Origin: a virus
Virus record (IMG/VR): IMGVR_UViG_3300023184_000086
Location: 1 to 64,000 of that record
Length of the DNA stretch: 64,000 nt
Reading direction: 5' to 3' (one strand)
Position numbers and translations under genes: made by a program. Below, piece after piece: positions 24,850 to 35,900 of the stretch; position 1 is the first letter of the stretch, and each line of letters begins with the position of its first letter. A model generated the notes under the pieces. That model saw only the letters and a list, made by a program, of their open reading frames with translations. It had not been told where the DNA came from and searched no databases.

Positions 24850-24941
24850 TGCCGGTTACTTTATCCGGCGCACACTAACGAGGTGCAGTTCAATTGCTCG
24901 GACGCCTATAACCGTGACGACTAACGTGCCCTAAGGTGGGT
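24850..24941. ncRNA. Candidate structured GC-rich intergenic element
   Basis: Several hairpins in a GC-rich stretch within AT-rich DNA. Confidence 0.35.
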
Positions 24942-25580
24942 TCTTAAATATTCTTCTGTTTTATCAGTATATATACCTGTGACCTGTAAAGTTGCCCTAG
25001 GTACATGCCCTGCATTGGCAGTAGAATGCGGTACATTCATCCAGTCAAACGTAGTTACAGAGCCTGCTTCCCAGCGTGACCACATGTAATTACCATAACT
25101 CCAAAAGTGTCCCATTTGCCAATCTGTTAATTGTATAAAATAACGTACCACTTGGCTAGGATCTTCCGGCATCCATTTTTCTAATTTATCTAAGTGCAGA
25201 TTCCAAACTTGTCCCGGATGCTGAACATGTATGCGTGCCATACATGAATCAAGACCAAATTGATCTGCAATGTTTTGAAACACAGGTGCTAGTTCATAGT
25301 TTAGATTTGTTACTATATAATCCTTACTCATGCCGTATGATTCTAAATCATATTCTTCGCGATCGTGTTCTTCACTACTACGAACTTTAGCATCGTTGGG
25401 TTTGCCTCTTGTACGCCATGTTACAGGTTTACTAGTTTCTATTGCTTCTGCAAGTTCTACTTTCCAGTTAGGTTCTATGTGTCCAAGACGTTCAACTCTA
25501 TCCCATTTTGGATTCCAACGTTCTGTATCAAAATGATACTGGCTACGCTGTTTAGTTAATTCCCAATTTGAATCAGACAT
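24921..25580 (-). CDS. 2OG-Fe(II) dioxygenase (Asp/Asn beta-hydroxylase-like cupin)
   Basis: PGQ...HLD, distal PHSTANAG...R. Confidence 0.75.
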   Translation of the reverse strand: MSDSNWELTKQRSQYHFDTERWNPKWDRVERLGHIEPNWKVELAEAIETSKPVTWRTRGKPNDAKVRSSEEHDREEYDLESYGMSKDYIVTNLNYELAPVFQNIADQFGLDSCMARIHVQHPGQVWNLHLDKLEKWMPEDPSQVVRYFIQLTDWQMGHFWSYGNYMWSRWEAGSVTTFDWMNVPHSTANAGHVPRATLQVTGIYTDKTEEYLRTHLRAR

Positions 25581-26277
25581 ATGATTTTAATCTTTCTAAT
25601 GTTGATATATATTTTTGATAGAATGGGCGTATTAAATCATATTTATAATTTTCCAACTCTACAAATTCATAGCAAGTTCTCAATGAAGATTCAAACTTCT
25701 CTTCATTGAGAAAATCAGTTGAATCCCATTCAAACTTTGAACTTGAAAATACATTTATTTTTTCACAAAGAGTTTTTTCAGAGGCTCTTAGTTTTTCAAA
25801 ATTAGGAAATACTTTTAAGTGTGGATACTTTTTTTTAAGATCGAGTATATCGGTTGCTCCCCATCTCCATTTAACAAAGTTAAAATTATTTTTAAATATA
25901 AGCAATTTTGGTTGAGACCAAATATTTAAAAAATTATCAACCATTGACGTATTATGTGCAACTACAAAAAACTTTTTATCTTCTTTTGATATCTTATCAA
26001 TCGTACCAGGATATGACTCGGGAGATTCTGGGGTGTTACCATATAAAAATCTACATCCTAAATCTAAATCATTCCATATATTTCCAACTTTATCCAGTCT
26101 ATTCAACAATTCTATTTGTTTTGCTTCTGGAGTAAGATTACCTAATATTTGTTTTTCAACTAATTTTACATCTTGCAAATATGCTTGATCACTTATACCT
26201 AAACAGTTTATTAAAAATCTCCCACCACTCCATTGTGGATATATTGCCATAACTAGTGAGGTAGACTGTTTGTTCAT
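25573..26277 (-). CDS. AT-rich hypothetical protein, possibly sulfotransferase-fold
   Basis: N-terminal YPQWSGGRFLINCL loop; coupled on both sides. Confidence 0.55.
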   Translation of the reverse strand: MNKQSTSLVMAIYPQWSGGRFLINCLGISDQAYLQDVKLVEKQILGNLTPEAKQIELLNRLDKVGNIWNDLDLGCRFLYGNTPESPESYPGTIDKISKEDKKFFVVAHNTSMVDNFLNIWSQPKLLIFKNNFNFVKWRWGATDILDLKKKYPHLKVFPNFEKLRASEKTLCEKINVFSSSKFEWDSTDFLNEEKFESSLRTCYEFVELENYKYDLIRPFYQKYISTLERLKSYV

Positions 26278-26903
26278 ATTACTGTTACCCTTATATCTGA
26301 TTTGATATAATCTTGATAATCATCTGGAGGGGCATCAATGTTTAATATTGTTGCCAGTTGTTGATTAGTCTGTGGCTGCTGCCCCGGGTAGTTCAAAGTG
26401 CCTTTGACAATACCGATGTTTTGTGCTTCAATGATCTTGGCCATGACACGTAGGTTTTGATAATTTTGATAGTTTGGATAGGTAATATCAAAATGTCCGC
26501 ATTTTACCCACCACCCTAAACAAGCGTCATCGGGCCTGTGTACCAGGACCAATGGACATTCGGGCCAGGTCTTTTTTATAAACTCAATGTGTTGAGTATA
26601 ACTGAACCAATGACTTTTGATTATGCGAATGCCTTCACCGCTAAATGGGCGGTCAAATTCTAATTCGTGTTCTTCTTTACTACGTTGTCCTAGTCCTGGA
26701 TAATTCAAAAACCAATCGCCGAATTCCATACCCGGATCAAAGTATGCACCCATGTGCATGAGTTCTGTGCGACCAGTTGCATCATGAAAATAGGTGCGTT
26801 CAAGACTGTAGTCGCTGCGATCAATGCTGGAACTATAGTAGATGTTTTTAACTACGCTTGACCATTTACTTCCTGGAGCGCCGGCTACAAATATATATTT
26901 CAT
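26274..26903 (-). CDS. P-loop/sulfotransferase-like protein
   Basis: IFVAGAPGSKWS, IIKSH, LVLVHR motifs; start MKYIFV overlaps Bug stop (ATGA). Confidence 0.6.
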   Translation of the reverse strand: MKYIFVAGAPGSKWSSVVKNIYYSSSIDRSDYSLERTYFHDATGRTELMHMGAYFDPGMEFGDWFLNYPGLGQRSKEEHELEFDRPFSGEGIRIIKSHWFSYTQHIEFIKKTWPECPLVLVHRPDDACLGWWVKCGHFDITYPNYQNYQNLRVMAKIIEAQNIGIVKGTLNYPGQQPQTNQQLATILNIDAPPDDYQDYIKSDIRVTVI

Positions 26904-27856
26904 TCTGGTTTGAACTTTCTGGCAATAGGTTGCCAATCGTTTCTTAATTTTGTCATACTATTATTTAATCCCTCAGGAGTATGCTCTTTAGGAGTTATAA
27001 ACATCATATTCTCATCAAACTTTTCTTTTGCTTCTTTGCTATTGATAGCAGGAATAAAGTTTGTTCTATACCATTCCTGTATATCTTTAGGAGTTCCTTT
27101 GGGTAATATTAAATTCCAGCAACCATATATGTTTAATCCCGGTAGGTAATCTTTCATTAAAGGAACCTTTTCCAAACCGCGTAACGGAACTTCTCCGGCA
27201 ATTCCGATTAGTTTTAGTTTACCTGCTTGTAGGTGTGGATATCCTACTGCTACCGGTGTAACTCCAAATTCAACATGCCCTCCCATTACATCCATCAAAG
27301 CCTGTGCTGGGCCCTTATACATAGCAGTTTCAACTCGATCTCCACCCGGCACATTTAGTTTAGTGGTTAAGTATTCTACAGCAAGTTTATGTCCACCCCC
27401 GCCGATAGCAAAATTAATTTGTCGTTGTTTTGATCTAATTTCATTTATTAATTCTTCAGGTGTGTTTACTTTACTGTTAGGAGTGGCCCAAAATGCTAAA
27501 GGACTTTTAGCAATATTGGCTACAGGTTCGAAATCAAATATGTTAAATTTAATCATTTGTGGATACCATACTTCGGCTGTTACCCATTGACTATTACAAG
27601 CAGGTACTGATATAGTATATCCATCATTTGCCACAGTATTAAAATGGTTAGTGGCCAGATTACCATCAGCACCTGGTTTATATTCGGATACAAACTTAGC
27701 ACCTGTATTCTTTTCTATCATATCCGCTACAATACGAAAACTGATTTCGTTGCCCGCACCTGGGCCGTTTGGAAATATTACAGTAATTGGTTTGGTTGGT
27801 TGCCAAGCAAATGCTAGTGCCGGTATTAGTAATAATATGCCTAAAATCTTCTTCAT
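26900..27856 (-). CDS. Bug/TctC tripartite tricarboxylate transporter substrate-binding protein
   Basis: Signal peptide, WQPTKPITVI.P.GPG.G, KPGADG, DGYTI, YKG..QALMDVMGGHV, LPKGTP; start reassigned to MKKILG with AGGAGA RBS. Confidence 0.9.
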   Translation of the reverse strand: MKKILGILLLIPALAFAWQPTKPITVIFPNGPGAGNEISFRIVADMIEKNTGAKFVSEYKPGADGNLATNHFNTVANDGYTISVPACNSQWVTAEVWYPQMIKFNIFDFEPVANIAKSPLAFWATPNSKVNTPEELINEIRSKQRQINFAIGGGGHKLAVEYLTTKLNVPGGDRVETAMYKGPAQALMDVMGGHVEFGVTPVAVGYPHLQAGKLKLIGIAGEVPLRGLEKVPLMKDYLPGLNIYGCWNLILPKGTPKDIQEWYRTNFIPAINSKEAKEKFDENMMFITPKEHTPEGLNNSMTKLRNDWQPIARKFKPE

Positions 27857-27869
27857 GTTGTATCTCCTA

Positions 27870-27899
27870 TATAAATATTCACAACTGCAAATATTTATA
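27870..27899. promoter_or_regulatory. Face-to-face TATAAATA late-type promoters
   Basis: TATAAATA on plus (27870-27877) and on minus (27892-27899). Confidence 0.6.
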
Positions 27900-27939
27900 G
27901 CATTGCTACAAAAAAATGCTAGAATGTGAAGAAAATTAT

Positions 27940-28668
27940 ATGAACACAAAAATTTTTAACTTAATCAAAGAAAATTTACAACTTGCTTTTAATTTACCCA
28001 AATATAGTAAAATTTCTATAGATGAATCTACTCTAGTAGATCAATTGCCTTGGACGCCTGCACGTTATTCTAAATTTAAAGATGCTATAGAAGCAGAACT
28101 TAGTTTGCCCTGCGAATACAGAGGCACACTAAAAGAGATTGTTAACGATCTATCTGAACGCTATATTCTACGTTTCTTTAGTGAGATTTGGAAACCTAGA
28201 ACAGGTGATTATGAGCATACTGGTTGGGATCTTGCTGACGAGATTAACAAACTAAATCCAACTAAAGTTTTAGATGTTGGGTGCGGATATCATCCATTTA
28301 AAGGACGTATACAGAATTTGATTGGGATTGATCCGTATAACAACTGTTCTGATTACGAAGTAGATATACTAGACTATAAAGTAAAACCCAACAGTCATGA
28401 TGTTATCATAGCCCTGGGCAGCATTAATTTTAATAGTAGAGATGAAATTGAAGCACGATTTGAACACTGTGTCAATATACTGAAGGAAGGTGGGAAATTC
28501 TTTCTAAGAGCCAATCCAGGAATTCCACACAAAACTGGTCCGTATGTTGATATATTTCCTTGGACATTTGAAGTGGTTAATGATTTTGCTGAAAAATACA
28601 ATCTAAAGTTAGACACATTTAAACGTGATGCTAATGATAGATTATACTTTGTATATACTAAACTTTAA
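27940..28668 (+). CDS. Class I SAM methyltransferase with N-terminal small helical (ACP-like) domain
   Basis: VLDVGCG, IGIDP, DVIIALGSINF; start MNTKIF. Confidence 0.8.
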   Translation: MNTKIFNLIKENLQLAFNLPKYSKISIDESTLVDQLPWTPARYSKFKDAIEAELSLPCEYRGTLKEIVNDLSERYILRFFSEIWKPRTGDYEHTGWDLADEINKLNPTKVLDVGCGYHPFKGRIQNLIGIDPYNNCSDYEVDILDYKVKPNSHDVIIALGSINFNSRDEIEARFEHCVNILKEGGKFFLRANPGIPHKTGPYVDIFPWTFEVVNDFAEKYNLKLDTFKRDANDRLYFVYTKL

Positions 28669-29480
28669 TCTGCATTCTTTCCGCATTTAGTACGTTTAGC
28701 ATTTGTAAGTGCTCCGAAATCTACAGGCCATTCTTGTCCTGGATTGAGTTCTTTGTATCCCGGTGGAAGTGCATATATCACACCTGCTTCGGTTTGAATC
28801 TGTGAAACTGGAATACGAAACGCTTTGAGATCATTACCTAAATTGGGATAAGGTGCAACATGGGGGAAACGCCAGCCTGCAACTTCTTTGGTTGTGTTAT
28901 TAATAACAATTTTATAATATCCATGAGGAACAATTACACCATTTCCTATTCTTTTATCGCCAGCACCGTAAAATGCACCAACAAAGATTGTAAATGGTTG
29001 GTTTAATTGAACTGTCCAACCACGAACACTAGTTTCTAATAGTTTCCAGATTCCTCTATTTAATGATCCTGCTTGTGGATACATATTAGTCATTAAGAAA
29101 CTTTCGTACTCTACAATTTGACTCCAACTTAGATCGCCGTCTGGAGCAGCATGTCCTTTGTCATAGCCTGTGCCAGCATAGTCATCTGGACGAGCACCGC
29201 CCTGTATGCTTTGATCTACAACAAAAGCATTTGTGCGCGGCCAGCATCCTATAGCATTTTGTGGTAGCAATGTATATGCTACATATATTGGAATCTTGAC
29301 AGGAGCATCATATGCTACTAAGTATGCTTCACGGCAGATAGGCTGTGCTGCTCGTTGGGTAGTGGCAAATCCGTATGGGCTATGTACTTGACATGCGACC
29401 GGTTGTAATGGAGCACGTTGGTCCCAGGCTTGTGCCAATCCTGCTACGAATAGCAGAGCAATTATTAATAGTTTTTTCAT
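28665..29480 (-). CDS. Secreted DNA/RNA non-specific endonuclease (NucA/EndoG family)
   Basis: Signal peptide ending AQA; YDKGH, NMYPQ...LN.GIW..LE, VPHGYYKIV. Confidence 0.92.
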   Translation of the reverse strand: MKKLLIIALLFVAGLAQAWDQRAPLQPVACQVHSPYGFATTQRAAQPICREAYLVAYDAPVKIPIYVAYTLLPQNAIGCWPRTNAFVVDQSIQGGARPDDYAGTGYDKGHAAPDGDLSWSQIVEYESFLMTNMYPQAGSLNRGIWKLLETSVRGWTVQLNQPFTIFVGAFYGAGDKRIGNGVIVPHGYYKIVINNTTKEVAGWRFPHVAPYPNLGNDLKAFRIPVSQIQTEAGVIYALPPGYKELNPGQEWPVDFGALTNAKRTKCGKNAD

Positions 29481-29509
29481 GGTAGTCCTTTAAACTACCA
29501 GTATTTATG

Positions 29510-32500
29510 TTATCTACGTACAAAATGATAGTCACCATCGGGGCCGTTGTTACTAAACAATCCTAAACAATCATATCCCAATGAATCCATATATTCTATA
29601 ACAACATCTTTTAAAGGAGCACCCTTGTTATATTCTACTACCTGTAATTCTAATATAATATGTTTTGCAGTTTTAATAGTTTCCTGTGCACCTTTAAGTA
29701 CATCCATTTCTGCCCCTTGCACATCCATTTTAATCAAGTCAGGGGGTGGATATTGTTTAAGATTTACTATAGCATCTAATGTAATTGTACGTAATCTTTT
29801 ACGATGTGATTCATTAAAATATTGAGGTGCTTCAGGATTAACTATTTCGTTTTCTATGTAATAACTATTCCCTCCAGGGTGATTATCATTTTGATAAAAA
29901 TCTACTTCTTTACCGCTTTCGTTACTGAGCAATCCCATGTGATATTTTAAACCGCGTTCTTGATATAAGAATTCGCAACTATCCATTGCTTCAAATGCTA
30001 TATATTCCGAGTCTGGCCATATACGTTGTGCTTCATTAGTCCAATGTAATACACACGAACCAATATCAAATATAATCTTTGGTTCGAACCCTGAATTTTT
30101 TAAGTTTGCAAGATAATTAACATGATCTGCCGGAATCAATCTTTGACTGCCTAGTTCACGTAATCTTGTTTTAATATCAATAACAACATCTTCTGTTTCT
30201 ATTACTGGTATAGTACTATCCACATTAAATGTAAAACTTCCTATATGTCTGCATAATACGCTAGGATCTGCCCAAATTTTAAAACCATTGTCTTTAGCCT
30301 TTCTACAGAAATCTACATCTTCTGATACAGTTTCATTCATGCTAATAGCACTATAATATTTAAATTGAGGATATCCTATTTTACGCATAACTTCTGCTTT
30401 GATAAGAGCACAACCAAATCCACAACCTGCTACTTCTACTAAAGGTCTACCTTTTAATTTTCCATAAGGCATATTAGTAACCCCACCTGTAGCAGTATGT
30501 TCATATATTTCTAAAATGTGTTGTCCCGGTTTACGCTGTATATATAACCCACTTACAACATCTTTATCATGTGCTAACATCTTACTCAATGTATCGGGTG
30601 TGAATGCGATATCACTATCTACAGAAAATAGATAATCATATCCGCTGACTACCCAATCTGCAATTAGGTTACGTATTTGATCTATATTGTATCCATAAAA
30701 ATATTGAAATGTAGTTTCATAGCCTTCGGGGACAATTAAATCGTATATACTTTTAAATGTATCGGGTTCAATATTTTTAGCAGTAGGTATTGCTATCAGT
30801 ATCTTTTTTTTAGGTTGATTCATTTTATTAACTATTTCTTTCGCATTTTTAGTTTGTTCGTCGCCATTAACCTTATAATCATTTAATGGACTTGCATCAT
30901 TATAATTATATACTATATCTTGTATACATTTTATTTTATTAGGATCTGCTGATTCTATCAGTGCATAAAATACACTACCATCTCCTCCTGCTTTATACCA
31001 GTTACCTGTTGAGTCTTGAAATTGACTATCATCGATATTATTAAGCAGACTTTTCTTAAATGTTCTTAGATGTGTATAGGGTAATATCCAATTGAAGTGA
31101 TGGCTTCTGTATGATTTATTTTGTTTTACTTCATCCGGATAAGGTTGACTAATTAAAGGAATGCTATCAACCATACTCCAACATGACCCATAGGTAAATT
31201 CTGTTGTACCATCATATATGGAATTGTAATAGGATAATACAGTATTATCACTGATTAAACTATCATCACCGTCAAGCAACATCACTATGCTATCATCGCT
31301 AATTAGTGATCTAATATTTTGTATCTGATTCCTAACTGCACCTAAATTTTCACTATTAGATATAACAGTAAATTTATTTTTAACATCTGTAGGTAATAAA
31401 TTTAATGTTGCTAGTATAACTTCTAAGGTGTTATCTGTACTTGCATCATCAATGAGAATGTGTTGATAATTATCATAGTCTTGGGATGCTACACTAATTA
31501 TGCAACGAGCAATATAATTAGCACAATTATAGAATGGGCTAATTATTGCTATCTTTTGTTCGTTACCTGATTTATAATTTTCTAACTCAATTGGATTAGT
31601 AAATCTTCTATTCCAAACTTTATGTACTCTGCGATTAATCTTTGATACTGCACGGAATTCATCTCTAGGCAAATACATGCCTAACCGCTGTACCATTAAT
31701 TGTTTCCACTGTAATGCTACACTATCCCATCCTGCGATGTCTTTGACAATATTACAGTAGTATTGTTTTTGTTGATGTAGATACTTGTTATGATATGCCT
31801 GTATTGTTAAATTTACAAACTTATCAATTTGTTCAGATGTATTGATGTCGGGAAATAGCCCATTAGGTTCAATAGCGTAATCAATTAGATAGCAAGCACC
31901 TTCTAATGCAATCTCTTCCAATGCACCAAATCTACAAGTAATAATAGGAGTATTGTATAGTAGACTTTCTAATGATGATATACCAAACGTTTCTGGAAAG
32001 AGTGCAGGATATATCATATAACTAGCAGTTGTTAGTATATCGGCAATTTCTTTTTGAGGTATAACTCCTGTATATTCTATACCTAGTTCTTGATTACGTG
32101 GATCGGCGGCCATAATACGCCAATCTTTTTCTTGTTGATCTGGTTCTGAATTTTGACTGAATCTGTAATAGCCGCCGATGACTTTTAATCTTGCACTAGG
32201 TATATGTGCTTTAACACGAGGCCATATTTGTTTGATAAGTGGAACCATACCTTTAGTCACACTAGCATTGTAAACAAACAGATTAGGATCTTTGGCTTTT
32301 ATATCAACTTCAGTTTTATAATTACGGGCACCATTACGTGTGATAAACAATTTACGTTTTAGTACTTCAAAGTTACGTCTGCGTCCGTGATTGCAATTGG
32401 CCACATAGGTTAGATGGAAATCGCTGAGTGTGAATATATCCGTGATGCGATTTTCCACAGCAAGTTCTTCTATGAGATTATCCCCAAGACAAAAGGTATC

Positions 32501-32881
32501 ATGCATCCATAATATACGCATTTTAGCCTTGCTAACAACCCTATCATATAAATTCATGCTTTGGAATGGCATTGCCCTACCATCACCTAATTTATGATAG
32601 TCTTCTGGTTTGGTAAATGGTATTATTGTTCTAGAACTGATAATAATATCAAACTCATGATCTAATGCTAAATCAGCAAGTAACCGATACTCTACTCCGT
32701 TATAGTTACCCGCTTGAGCATGATCTATTCCGCAGTTGTTAAAAATGGTAACAGAGAATCCAATGTTATTGAGTTCTCTGGCCATTAGGGTAACAGCACT
32801 TTCGCTGCCGCCGAGTCCTTGATTATCTACGGTATTACCATCGTAAGGTATACCAATTATATCTATAATAGCAAGTTTCAT
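29510..32881 (-). CDS. Multidomain glycosyltransferase (GT-B + two GT-A) fused to FkbM methyltransferase
   Basis: GLGGSE and YP..F.ETFGISSLE (GT4-like); IISPFYN, IDDASTD, LDGDD (GT2); VDSDI, GFGCALI, SEDVDFC (GT-A); DIGS, FEA, LIKMDVQGAE (FkbM). Confidence 0.9.
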   Translation of the reverse strand: MKLAIIDIIGIPYDGNTVDNQGLGGSESAVTLMARELNNIGFSVTIFNNCGIDHAQAGNYNGVEYRLLADLALDHEFDIIISSRTIIPFTKPEDYHKLGDGRAMPFQSMNLYDRVVSKAKMRILWMHDTFCLGDNLIEELAVENRITDIFTLSDFHLTYVANCNHGRRRNFEVLKRKLFITRNGARNYKTEVDIKAKDPNLFVYNASVTKGMVPLIKQIWPRVKAHIPSARLKVIGGYYRFSQNSEPDQQEKDWRIMAADPRNQELGIEYTGVIPQKEIADILTTASYMIYPALFPETFGISSLESLLYNTPIITCRFGALEEIALEGACYLIDYAIEPNGLFPDINTSEQIDKFVNLTIQAYHNKYLHQQKQYYCNIVKDIAGWDSVALQWKQLMVQRLGMYLPRDEFRAVSKINRRVHKVWNRRFTNPIELENYKSGNEQKIAIISPFYNCANYIARCIISVASQDYDNYQHILIDDASTDNTLEVILATLNLLPTDVKNKFTVISNSENLGAVRNQIQNIRSLISDDSIVMLLDGDDSLISDNTVLSYYNSIYDGTTEFTYGSCWSMVDSIPLISQPYPDEVKQNKSYRSHHFNWILPYTHLRTFKKSLLNNIDDSQFQDSTGNWYKAGGDGSVFYALIESADPNKIKCIQDIVYNYNDASPLNDYKVNGDEQTKNAKEIVNKMNQPKKKILIAIPTAKNIEPDTFKSIYDLIVPEGYETTFQYFYGYNIDQIRNLIADWVVSGYDYLFSVDSDIAFTPDTLSKMLAHDKDVVSGLYIQRKPGQHILEIYEHTATGGVTNMPYGKLKGRPLVEVAGCGFGCALIKAEVMRKIGYPQFKYYSAISMNETVSEDVDFCRKAKDNGFKIWADPSVLCRHIGSFTFNVDSTIPVIETEDVVIDIKTRLRELGSQRLIPADHVNYLANLKNSGFEPKIIFDIGSCVLHWTNEAQRIWPDSEYIAFEAMDSCEFLYQERGLKYHMGLLSNESGKEVDFYQNDNHPGGNSYYIENEIVNPEAPQYFNESHRKRLRTITLDAIVNLKQYPPPDLIKMDVQGAEMDVLKGAQETIKTAKHIILELQVVEYNKGAPLKDVVIEYMDSLGYDCLGLFSNNGPDGDYHFVRR

Positions 32882-32890
32882 ATGCTATTA

Positions 32891-32918
32891 ATTATACATT
32901 CTTTAATCCCAATGTCAA
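32891..32918 (-). promoter_or_regulatory. sigma70-like promoter for glycosyltransferase
   Basis: TTGACA-N16-TATAAT, 9 nt before ATG. Confidence 0.7.
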
Positions 32919-32919
32919 A

Positions 32920-35900
32920 TTATTTGAGTTGTGGTTTATAAGTAGGTGCGGTAAATGTAGAAGTATAACGTGCAATACCATTAGTGATTCTTAAATCATC
33001 CATATATCCATTCCAACATAAATTGTCATATGACCCACCAACAGTTATGAACGGGCTTGTATAACCTGTAGTATTTGACGCAGTATTGTTTGATACTACA
33101 CCATTAACGTACATATACATTATTCCGCTTCTTCTAACTACTGCTACATGATTCCACGCATTCGTTGTTACGGTAGCAGTTACAACATATGATGTATTTT
33201 CTTTCCAACCTATTACGGCACCTTCTGTTAAAATAGTTCCATTATATCCAAAACGTACTAACCCTGCTCCATTTCCAGTAGTCCTTGCGTCTAACAATGC
33301 AGGAGCATTTCCTGTATTATATACTGTTGTCGGATACATCCACATTTCTACTGTAAAATCACCACCTCCTAAACTAACTGAAGTATTGGTGCTTAAACTT
33401 ATTATATCACTTGCTCCGTCAAAAAACATACTCATATTATTATATTTTTTTACATCGGATACTAAACCAGTATCTCCGGATGTAGACATATCAATGTTTA
33501 AAGACGCATCTACAATTTTAGCATTGGTAAAATTAAGTAATAAATTAGTAGTGGTTGAACTAGCAACTACTGGTGCTGTGGGAATTGTATATGTCTGTAT
33601 ATTATCAACAAGTGTTCCGGATGCAAGGAATGTATGTACAGTATATCCACTTATATTGGTTGTTACATCACCACCAACTGCTCGTTGTGGTCCTGAATAG
33701 CGTATAATAACTATACCAGAACCGCCTGACCCGCCTGCACCACCTCCTCCGGTATTTGTGCCGCCAGCAGTTGTAGCGGCGTTTCGGCCGCCGGTGCCAG
33801 GGGAGCCAAAGGAAAATCCAACACCGTATCCACCACCTCCAATACCACCATCACCTCCCATACCGCCACCACCGGCGCCACCACCGCCACCTGAATAATA
33901 ATATCCCAGGCCATCTATGTTTGAATATGCTCCAGGTCCTCCGGTGAGTCCCGATGAAACGCCACCGGCACCTCCACCTCCGCCACCTCCGTCGTATCCC
34001 TGAGCAGGAATGGTAGCAGGTGTATTACCAGCAGCACCAGATCCACCGGATCCTCCAGCAATGCCACCACCACCGCCACCTGCTGATACTATGTTTATAC
34101 CGCCGCCAACTAAAGATGAATTACCACCGCTAGAAGCACCACCATTTCCCACAGTAATAGTATAAATTGCTCCTGATTGCGTAGTGATAACAGTACCTGT
34201 TCTAAATCCACCACCACCACCAGTATTACCGCCGCCGCCTGCAACTATTAGGTATTCGAAAGTTGTACCTAAACTAAGGTTAGTAGTAACAACACTATCA
34301 GATATCACACCTTTTAATACTCTTAGGTTAGACATGTAACCTGGATAAAAATAAATAGAACTTGAACTTCCAGCCGGTTTCCCAATAGTCAATGGATAAC
34401 TAGCAGATGTAGCAGTAAATGTTGCTGTAGTAGTAGCAGTGGTTGCTACCTTAACTCCATTTACATATAAATTTGTTGTCTTATTGCTGCTAGCAAATGT
34501 ACATGCAATATGACTCCAGGCATTAGGTTTAATAATACTGCCATTGCTAGACACAAAAGCATAACTACTACCGTCACCTTTGCATATTTCCCAGTAAAAA
34601 CTGCCATTATTATAATAATTTAGACTTATTCCTGCACCACTAAGAACACCCGAAGTACTAATTAATGTTTTTTGACCAGAAGTTGTTAGAGGATATACCC
34701 AACCTTCTATAGTATAGTCAGTGGTGCCATCGTGTAAATATGTCCAATTTGGGGTAAGTGTATTAATAGTACTTGTACTGTTAATGGCGATCCAATCTGA
34801 ACTTCCATTAAAATATGCACTGCCGCCTACCAATGTTGGATTGTATGAACCTACATTGGCAAAGGGTGAAAATTTCTTAACAACAGGTATGCCAGACTGA
34901 TTTATTTTCCAACTGTAACTACTTTTATCTATTAAATTACTACCAGCACAAGTTAATAGTAATGTGTTATTAACTAATGACAATGGAGCAATTGCTGGGG
35001 TAAAATTACTTGTATAGTATGCTGTGCCTTTTAATATACGTATGTTTGATAAGTATCCGTTGAAATAAGTACTGGTTGATATACCTATATTTAAAGCAGT
35101 AGTGGTAGCATATATAGTAGATGCACTTGTAACAGATGCGCCTACTACACCATTTAAATAACTAGTGAATGTTGAACCATTACGTACTAATGCAATATGA
35201 TACCATCTTCCAGCAGTTACATATCCAAATCCATTACCATTAAACATATTATAACTGGTACCATTTGAACTAATATAAAAACTTAAATAACCAGATGAAC
35301 TAAACGCTATTTGCCATGCATAACCACCATGTCCTATTAATTGTCCAGATGATATATCATTAAAATATACCCAACCTTCAATGGTAAAATTACTATTGCC
35401 TAAATTTAATCCCGTTGTGCCGTATGATGCACTATTTGGTATTGATAGATTACTACTTCCATTAAAATATGTACTCCAATTTGCGGTGTATGGATTAAAT
35501 GATCCTTGAGTTAGTTGAGTGGCAGGTGATGCTATATAACTATTAGCACTGCTATCTGTCACTAGATTATTGCTCAATGATGGATTAAACACTATTCCAC
35601 CTGAACCATTGAATATATAAACCCTAAAACCGCTGGTTGTAATTATAACAGGATTTCCAAGTAACGTAGGAATTGAATTAGAAACAGGTTCCCAAAGTAT
35701 AGCAATACCCGAACCTCCAGCACTACTATAACCACCACCACCATTACCTAAGTTTGCAGCAGCAGTCCCATTATAGTTTCCAACGCCACCAGCAGCATAT
35801 ATTTTTGTATAATCTGCACTTGGTGTATTGACGAATAATCCGGCACCAGCAGCATAGTTAGCCCCGCCGGCGCCGCCAGCACCACCACCACCACCGGAAT

